A model generated the notes under the pieces. That model was not told the origin of the DNA, did no database searches, and saw only the letters and a list, made by a program, of their open reading frames with translations. Both the position numbers and the translations under genes were made by a program. A stretch of 15,155 nt of DNA from Bdellovibrionota bacterium (lineage in GTDB: Bacteria > Bdellovibrionota_C > UBA2361 > OMIW01): assembly GCA_044345055.1 (NCBI GenBank), contig JBIJBT010000068.1:1-15155 (forward strand). The letters are read 5' to 3'. Shown here one piece after another: positions 1 through 6,032 of the stretch. Positions within the stretch are counted from its first letter, which is position 1. Each line of letters begins with the position of its first letter.

Positions 1-1463
1 CCATCGCAAAAGAAGGTTTTAAAACGGAAATCTCTTGGCCGATCTCGAAACCGCTTTCGCTTGGGCTAGATCTTCGGGGTGGGGTACATCTTGTATATCA
101 GGTTAAAACTGAAGAAGCAGTAAGGGGGCACCTGCAATCGCAAGCACTCGCAATTAAGTCTATGCTGCGCAAAGAAAAGGTCATTGTAGTGCGTTCGGCT
201 GCATTGGATCCTGCAGGGCTTGAGGTTGTGCTTTTAGCTCAGTCTATGGTTGAACGGGCCCGCGCAAAAATTGAGGAGGAGTTTTCTGAGCTTCAGTTTG
301 TTGAGGTAACAGCTGATGGAGAACGTCCTCGTCTTATCTTTCAACTTCCTCAAAAAGCGATAGAAGATATTAGAGAACGTTCGGTGACTCAGGCTTTGGA
401 GACTCTCCGGAACCGTGTTGATCAATTTGGTGTGGCAGAGCCTTACCTCGCTCGAAACGGTGCAGAGCGTATTTTGCTACAGATGCCTGGATACTCCGAT
501 ATCGATCGGGTGAAACGTGTCGTCGGGAAAACTGCAAAACTAGAGTTTCGTCTTGTTCCAACTTCAGCTTCGGCCAAAGGAATAGTGCTTAAAGACCGGA
601 ACGGTAGAGCGATTAAGGTCGAGGAAGAGGTGTTGATGGGAGGGGAGGCTGTTAAGGATGCCCGTCCCGAGCTGAGCACTGGCCGGGTCGAGGTTCTACT
701 TACCTTGACAGCAGAGGGGAGGAAAACTTTTTCGGAGATAACCGGAGAGCATATTGGACGTCAGCTCGCTGTTGTGCTCGATGGTATTGTGTACTCAGAC
801 CCCGTTATTCAGGATCAGATCACGCAGGGAGCTGCAACTATATCGGGCTCATTCTCATTAGACCAGGCTCAGGAGTTGGCGGTTGTTCTGCGCGCCGGAG
901 CGCTTCCAGCACCTCTTGAGGTAGCAGAAGAGCGGACAGTGGGCCCATCTTTAGGAGCTGAATCAATAAAAAGTGGCGTGATTGCGATTGTAGTAGGATT
1001 CTTGGCAATTGCGGTCTTCATGGTCATTTACTATCGCAAAGCTGGAGTTATCGCGGTCTTTACCCTCGGCATGAATTTATTCCTGCTGGTAGCGGGTCTT
1101 GCCTTTTTTGGTGCGACCCTTACGCTACCGGGCCTTGCAGGGCTTGCGCTTACCGTTGGGATGGCGGTTGATTCGAACGTTCTTATATTTGAAAGAATAC
1201 GGGATGAATTGAGACTTGGCGCACACCGAGATTCCGCAGTCCGCGGAGGGTTTGATAAGGCATCATCTGCTATCCTTGATACTAATATTACTGGGTTCCT
1301 GGCTGGAGTGGTTCTCTATTTTTGTGGAACTGGTCCGATTCAAGGTTTTGCATTGACGTTGATGCTCGGTGTATTAACGACGTTGTTCTGTGCGGTAGTG
1401 TTAAGCAGGTATCTGTTTGATGCGTTCTCATTGAGAGATCGATCGGGCCGATTGTCGGTCTAG
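1..1463 (+). CDS. secD: Protein translocase subunit SecD (5'-partial; frame is open from the window edge)
   Basis: The ORF track starts at 162, but the same frame is open from position 3 and reads IAKEGFK...KPLSLGLDLRGGVHLVYQV, the SecD/SecF GG motif. Also present: TLRNRVDQFGVAEP, LRAGALPAPL..EERTVGPSLG, LTLPGLAGLALTVGMAVDSNVLIFERIRDE and C-terminal TM helices. Confidence 0.97.
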   Translation, partial: IAKEGFKTEISWPISKPLSLGLDLRGGVHLVYQVKTEEAVRGHLQSQALAIKSMLRKEKVIVVRSAALDPAGLEVVLLAQSMVERARAKIEEEFSELQFVEVTADGERPRLIFQLPQKAIEDIRERSVTQALETLRNRVDQFGVAEPYLARNGAERILLQMPGYSDIDRVKRVVGKTAKLEFRLVPTSASAKGIVLKDRNGRAIKVEEEVLMGGEAVKDARPELSTGRVEVLLTLTAEGRKTFSEITGEHIGRQLAVVLDGIVYSDPVIQDQITQGAATISGSFSLDQAQELAVVLRAGALPAPLEVAEERTVGPSLGAESIKSGVIAIVVGFLAIAVFMVIYYRKAGVIAVFTLGMNLFLLVAGLAFFGATLTLPGLAGLALTVGMAVDSNVLIFERIRDELRLGAHRDSAVRGGFDKASSAILDTNITGFLAGVVLYFCGTGPIQGFALTLMLGVLTTLFCAVVLSRYLFDAFSLRDRSGRLSV

Positions 1464-1567
1464 TGTTGGTCAGGGTATTTTTTACAGTTTTTTTCACAGT
1501 GGGCTCGCCAAAGTCATATTGAGCTACGCTAAGCAATTTTTTGATTTCAAATAAGAGCGGAATCACC

Positions 1568-2482
1568 ATGGAGTTCTTGTCCAAAACACCCTCATTCGAT
1601 TTCCTCGGGAAGCAACGTTTTTTTATCATCGTTTCTTCTCTTCTCGTTTTGCTCTCGATTGGGTATTGGATCTCGCTTGGAGAGGCTCGTTACGGGGTCG
1701 ATTTTTCAGGCGGTCACGAGATCGTTGTTCGGATGAAAGAGGGCGTGGGAGCGGAGGAACTTCGTCAGACACTCGAAAGTGGCGGCCTACTAGATGTGGC
1801 GGTTCAATCGTTCGAGTCGGCTTCGCACGAGTTTAGTTTGCGCTTTCAGAGCGATGACGGCTCGGGCGCGGTCCGAACTACGGTTTCTAGAATTCTTAAG
1901 GAGCGATTTGAGGATCGTTTCGTAGAGATTATCCGAACCGATTTTGTTGGCCCAGCAGTTGGGTCAGAGCTCCAAAGAAAGGGAATAATCGCGGTAGCGG
2001 TCGGACTAATAGGAATTTTAGTATACATCGCGTTTCGTTTTGAGTTCGCGTTCGGGTTCGGCGCTATCGTAGCCGTTTTCCACGATGTAATCGTATCAAC
2101 TGGCGTGTACCTTTTAATGGGTCATACGATAAGTATGACAACGCTTGCAGCGGCTCTCACGATTCTCGGCTATTCCGTTAACGATACGATTGTGATTTTC
2201 GATCGAGTTAGAGATGAGCTTCTTGTTGCAAAAAAAGGGGAAAAGCTATCTGAAGTGGTAAATCGTTCTATTAATGCAACCCTATCGCGGACCCTTATCA
2301 CCCAAGGTCTTACGACCCTTTCGATTGCGGCTCTCTTGCTTCTTGGATCGGGAGCGATCGCGGAGCTGAGTGTATTCCTTTTTGCGGGGATGATTACGGG
2401 GACCTACTCAACTATTTATATCGCGTCCCCAGCTATGATTTGGTGGCATCGTATGCGTGGTGGTGTTGAGGATGTCGCGTAG
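1568..2482 (+). CDS. secF: Protein translocase subunit SecF
   Basis: GVDFSGG motif, VGPAVGSEL, YIAFRFE, HDVI, LTILGYSVNDTIVIFDRVRD, TLSRT, GTYSTIYIASP; lies directly after secD. ATG at 1568 (purine-rich AAGAGCGGA upstream) is preferred over the TTG at 1541. Confidence 0.96.
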   Translation: MEFLSKTPSFDFLGKQRFFIIVSSLLVLLSIGYWISLGEARYGVDFSGGHEIVVRMKEGVGAEELRQTLESGGLLDVAVQSFESASHEFSLRFQSDDGSGAVRTTVSRILKERFEDRFVEIIRTDFVGPAVGSELQRKGIIAVAVGLIGILVYIAFRFEFAFGFGAIVAVFHDVIVSTGVYLLMGHTISMTTLAAALTILGYSVNDTIVIFDRVRDELLVAKKGEKLSEVVNRSINATLSRTLITQGLTTLSIAALLLLGSGAIAELSVFLFAGMITGTYSTIYIASPAMIWWHRMRGGVEDVA

Positions 2483-2503
2483 GGCTTTTATGATTTATTG
2501 ACA

Positions 2504-2547
2504 GCCGGATAATAGTAGCTGTTTCAAGCGGTTATTATTATCGTGGC
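2504..2547 (+). terminator. Long stem-loop after secF (probable terminator or 3' stabilising hairpin)
   Basis: GATAATAGTAGCTG (2508-2521) pairs with CGGTTATTATTATC (2529-2542) over 14 bp including 3 G-U pairs, and is extendable by GCCG/TGGC. The G-U pairs favour folding of the + strand RNA. The following U-tract is weak (ATTTAAGTT). Confidence 0.55.
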
Positions 2548-2946
2548 ATTTAAGTTATCCTTGGATCTATTCAGAAAGACCTACCCCAGTTCTCCAGACA
2601 TCTCTCACATTTTTCATTCCTGAAAATAACAAAAATTCGAAAGTTTAGGCTAACTTCTGTCGATACCTTACGCGGTTCGAGGAGGAGCAGCCTTCGCGCA
2701 TTTGTCGGGAAGGATTTTATTTCATTTCGATGTGCCGTTTTGAATTTCATGCCTCTTAGGAATGAAGGCGAAGAGTTTGGAACATCTTGTTCTTTAGGAT
2801 TACAAAAAAAACATCTTACTTTTTTTTGTTTTACGATGTAGCCTACCCGCAAAGAACCCGGTGTTCCGGTTCAATTTTTTGTATAACCAGAGATACATAC
2901 CGGGCCCATCGATTTTCGGTGGGCAGTTTTTTGGGAGATCGTTCGA

Positions 2947-4164
2947 ATGAACTTACAGACAGATTTTTCTCTCCGTTCAAAGCGGAGTTGTTTTAAACGT
3001 ATACTCGCGACAGCGTTCTCTGCTGCAGCGTTGTTTGGTTCTTTTTCGCCTAACAGTGCACAGGCAGATCAGGGCCTCCTTTCCTCTGCTCTCTTCGGAG
3101 AGAGTGAAGAAGCACCGTTTATCGATGTTAAGGGTTGGGCGTCTCAGGGATTTACCTGGAACACTACGTCTACGAGCAGCTTTAACGGCCCGGTAACCTT
3201 CAATGACCGTGCGGAAGAGTTTCAGTTGAATCAGCTGAGCCTCGTTTTCGAACGGGCTGTTGCTCAGAGCGCTGATGAATGGGATCTCGGTGGTCGTGTT
3301 GATTTGATGTACGGGACTGATTCCGCATTTACAACCTCCGTTGGATTCGATGACAATATAACCTCGAGTTCGTATCGTTACTACACGATGGCGATACCTC
3401 AGGCGTACCTTGAAACGAATATTCCAGTTCTTGATGGAGTCAAGTTCAAGGCGGGTCATTTCTACACGCTGATCGGATACGAAACTGTGCCGGCCCCTGA
3501 TAACTTCTTCTACTCGCATGCGTACACCATGCAGTATGGTGAGCCCTTTACTCATTGGGGAGGACTCTTCTCGAAATCGTTCTGCGACGGTCAATATACC
3601 GTTACTGCGGGAGCAGTCCGGGGCTGGGATAATATGAGCGATACGGCCGATGGAAATCTCTCCTTCCTTGGGGGGATCTCTTCCACCATCGCGGATGGAA
3701 CCGTTTTAGCTGCTTCCGTCATCAGTGGTAATGAGGGGTATGGTGCTAATCGCACGATGTACAGTTTGGTACTTACCCACCAACTATCTGAGAAACTCAA
3801 GTGGGTATTGCAGCACGACAATGGAATGCAAGAGGTGAGTGGTGGTAGTGATGCCCAGTGGTATGGGATTAATAACTATCTCCTCTACACTCTGAGCGAT
3901 ACTCTTTCAACAGGTGTGCGCGCAGAGTGGTTCCGTGACGATGATGGAACGAGAGTCGTCGGGCTTCGTAGCGGTTACGGTGGAAAAGGCAGCTACTACG
4001 GGCTGACCTGGGGAGTTAATTATGCTCCTGCTTCCTACGTGACTTTGCGTCCTGAACTTCGGTACGACTTCAAACGTTCGCCAAAGTCGTCGGTCGGTCC
4101 ATTTGACCGCGGGAACGAGAATGATCAGCTCCTCGTAGCGATGGATGCAATCTTCAAGTTCTAA
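2947..4164 (+). CDS. Outer-membrane beta-barrel protein, putative porin of the BBP2/OmpL-like (DUF1597) family
   Basis: N-terminal signal peptide ending ...SAQA|D, alternating aromatic beta-strands and terminal Phe (DAIFKF). Motifs NGPVTFNDR..EFQLNQ, PQAYLE, GHFYTLIGYE..PAPDNFFYSHAY..QYGEPFTHWG, RAEWFRD and RPELRYD are recalled as typical of this family. GGGAGA RBS upstream. Confidence 0.82.
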   Translation: MNLQTDFSLRSKRSCFKRILATAFSAAALFGSFSPNSAQADQGLLSSALFGESEEAPFIDVKGWASQGFTWNTTSTSSFNGPVTFNDRAEEFQLNQLSLVFERAVAQSADEWDLGGRVDLMYGTDSAFTTSVGFDDNITSSSYRYYTMAIPQAYLETNIPVLDGVKFKAGHFYTLIGYETVPAPDNFFYSHAYTMQYGEPFTHWGGLFSKSFCDGQYTVTAGAVRGWDNMSDTADGNLSFLGGISSTIADGTVLAASVISGNEGYGANRTMYSLVLTHQLSEKLKWVLQHDNGMQEVSGGSDAQWYGINNYLLYTLSDTLSTGVRAEWFRDDDGTRVVGLRSGYGGKGSYYGLTWGVNYAPASYVTLRPELRYDFKRSPKSSVGPFDRGNENDQLLVAMDAIFKF

Positions 4165-4174
4165 TAGAGGTAAT

Positions 4175-4201
4175 GCTGGGTGGGGGTAGCCTCCGCCCAG
4201 C
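4175..4201 (+). promoter_or_regulatory. GC-rich intercistronic hairpin between porin and amtB
   Basis: GCTGGGTGGGGG-TAG-CCTCCGCCCAGC: 12-bp stem with 2 G-U pairs, 10 nt after the porin stop. No U-tract, so more likely a stability or pause element than an intrinsic terminator. Confidence 0.55.
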
Positions 4202-4337
4202 GATAGAGGTGTTTCTCAGAGTGGTTGTTGCTCCGGCATGGGCGGTTTTTTGGGGTGAGAGTCCTTCCTCACTCAGGCCGGAAGATTGATAGAGTCTCAG
4301 ATAATAAAATAAAAATCTGTGGAGGCAGGTATACGAT

Positions 4338-5711
4338 ATGGCGGAACAGAAAAGGGTCGGGTGGAGTCTATTATTAGTGGCGCTGGCAGGGGCAGCCTTG
4401 TTTGGGCTCGAGCCGAAAGCGTTTGAAACTGCAACTCCTCACGCGGAGCAGTGGAACGCGGCTGATACTTCGTGGCTTTTGGGTGCGAGCGGACTGGTGC
4501 TGTTGATGACACCGGGTCTTGCTCTTTTTTATGGTGGGATGGTAAACGCGCGAAACATTATTTCAACAATGTTTCAAAGTATCGTCTCTATCGCGGTGGT
4601 GAGCCTTACCTGGGTTTTGGTAGGCTTTAGTATTGCGTTTGGGGATTCCCAAGGTGGATTATACGGCAACCCCTTTCAGTATTTCCTTTTTGACGGGGTC
4701 GGAGGCGCTCGTCACGCAACGCTCGGAGGAACTCTTCCATTCGCTCTTTTTGCTCTATTTCAGCTTAAATTCGCGATCATTACTCCGGCGCTCATTACCG
4801 GTGCATTTGCGGAACGAATTCGGTTTACTGGATATCTCCTCTTCATGGCGCTCTGGAGCGTCTTCATTTACGCACCGCTTGCTCACTGGACCTGGCATCC
4901 TGATGGAATCTTCTTTAAATGGGGACTCCTCGACTTTGCGGGTGGAACGGTTGTTCATATCTCGGCAGGGATGGCGGCAGTAGCTGGAGCTCTTGTTCTC
5001 GGCAAGCGATCTTCAGCTAAGGATGGAGTAGCAGAGGAGCCAGCTAACATTCCATTGATTATCCTTGGAACAGGTCTTTTGTGGTTTGGTTGGTTCGGAT
5101 TCAACGCGGGTTCTTCACTTGCTGCAAACGACGTGGCAGTGCTTGCCTTCTTGAATACGAATACTGCTTCAGCGGTCGCAATGCTTACCTGGCTCGCCTT
5201 TGATGGAGTACGTGGGAAGAAGCCATCAGCAACCCATGCGTGTATTGGAGCTGTAGTAGGACTAGTTGCGATAACACCTGCCGCTGGGTTCGTATCGGTG
5301 CGAGCTGCCATCGGTATAGGGATGATAGGGGCATTGGTCAGTAATTTGGCTTTGACATTTAAACATCATCTAAAGATAGACGATGCGCTGGATGTGTTCC
5401 TTTGTCACGGACTCGGTGGGATCACTGGGATGATCTTGACGGCAGTCTTTGCGACTAAGGATGGCGTTATTGCAGGGGATACTGCTCTTCTTGTAAATCA
5501 CCTGAAGGGTCTGGCAATAACGCTTCCATTCACGTTTCTTGGATCTTACGCCTTGTACAAGGTAACCGACATATTCGTTCCGTTGCGTGTGGCCGAGGAT
5601 GATGAGAAAGCTGGTTTGGACGTTAGCCAACATGGCGAGCAATATCATTCATCGAAATATGTTGTTCGAGGCTTTTCCTCTGAGCATGTGGATGAGCAAA
5701 CCCATGTGTAG
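4338..5711 (+). CDS. amtB: Ammonium transporter, Amt family
   Basis: LMTPGLALFYGGMV, FQLKFAIITPALITGAFAER, DFAGGTVVHISAG (first His), WFGWFGFNAGS, GLVAITP, DDALDVFLCHG (second His) and C-terminal GLDVSQHGE. GGAGG RBS at 4321-4325. Confidence 0.98.
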   Translation: MAEQKRVGWSLLLVALAGAALFGLEPKAFETATPHAEQWNAADTSWLLGASGLVLLMTPGLALFYGGMVNARNIISTMFQSIVSIAVVSLTWVLVGFSIAFGDSQGGLYGNPFQYFLFDGVGGARHATLGGTLPFALFALFQLKFAIITPALITGAFAERIRFTGYLLFMALWSVFIYAPLAHWTWHPDGIFFKWGLLDFAGGTVVHISAGMAAVAGALVLGKRSSAKDGVAEEPANIPLIILGTGLLWFGWFGFNAGSSLAANDVAVLAFLNTNTASAVAMLTWLAFDGVRGKKPSATHACIGAVVGLVAITPAAGFVSVRAAIGIGMIGALVSNLALTFKHHLKIDDALDVFLCHGLGGITGMILTAVFATKDGVIAGDTALLVNHLKGLAITLPFTFLGSYALYKVTDIFVPLRVAEDDEKAGLDVSQHGEQYHSSKYVVRGFSSEHVDEQTHV

Positions 5712-5743
5712 GTAGAGGAGTATGCTCACCCATAGAGCCTACA

Positions 5744-5793
5744 GAGATTAAAAAAAAGGGGGGCAATTTTGCCCCCCCTTTTTTTTGAATCTC
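5744..5793 (+). terminator. Rho-independent terminator (bidirectional-type) after amtB
   Basis: GAGATT-A8-GGGGGGCA-ATTT-TGCCCCCCC-T8-G-AATCTC: GC stem flanked by A8 and T8 tracts, about 30 nt after the amtB stop. Confidence 0.92.
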
Positions 5794-5826
5794 GAATAAA
5801 AATTTCCTTGAAAAAGTGTTTTTCCC

Positions 5827-5854
5827 TAAAGAATGAAAGTGCCATTGCCGATTG
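5827..5854 (+). promoter_or_regulatory. Candidate sigma28 (FliA/SigD) promoter
   Basis: TAAA(G) at 5827, N16, then GCCGATTG at 5847-5854, versus consensus TAAA-N15-GCCGATAA. It lies just after the amtB terminator and upstream of a CheW-domain gene. Confidence 0.5.
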
Positions 5855-6032
5855 TTTTTAGTGAATCGGCTTTGATGGGCTTTGGACAAATGGACGCGAT
5901 TGTCGAGACGGGAAGAAGGATAAAGGCTCTAAAAATACTCTCATAGGGTTTGCCCATTTGACCGTTCAGCTTATCCAATAATTCGGAACAACGTAGAAGT
6001 CGGGTGAAAACTGCTCGTAAGGGATCGACGGT

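Noticed and set aside
162..164. ATG 162 as the secD start
   Set aside because: The frame is open upstream and encodes the conserved LGLDLRGG motif, so the true start lies before the window.
2498..2503. Perfect TTGACA -35 hexamer after secF
   Set aside because: No -10 at 16-18 nt spacing.
2544..2559. Sigma54-like TGGCATTTAAGTTATC upstream of the nitrogen genes
   Set aside because: The invariant GC at -12 is replaced by AT, and the site is part of the secF 3' hairpin.
2788..2804. TnrA/GlnR-like box TGTTC-N7-TTACA
   Set aside because: One conserved position mismatches, and these regulators are Firmicute-type whereas this organism encodes an outer-membrane barrel.
2571..2852. Minus-strand 93-aa ORF with a CxxC (CFFC) in the secF-porin gap
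   Set aside because: Non-ATG start, no SD, composition driven by A/T tracts, no recognisable family.
2787..2996. Plus-strand 69-aa ORF upstream of the porin (possible leader peptide)
   Set aside because: TTG start without a convincing SD, overlaps the porin start out of frame, runs through probable promoter sequence.
2977..3594. 205-aa antisense ORF inside the porin, and the other short antisense or alternate-frame ORFs within secD, amtB, the CheW fusion, pyrC, ubiE, the MBL gene and purB
   Set aside because: They are shadows of well-supported genes with no motifs or RBS.
5831..5845. Minus-strand TGGCAC sigma54-like -24 element
   Set aside because: The -12 reads TTCT rather than TTGC, and it points into the amtB terminator.
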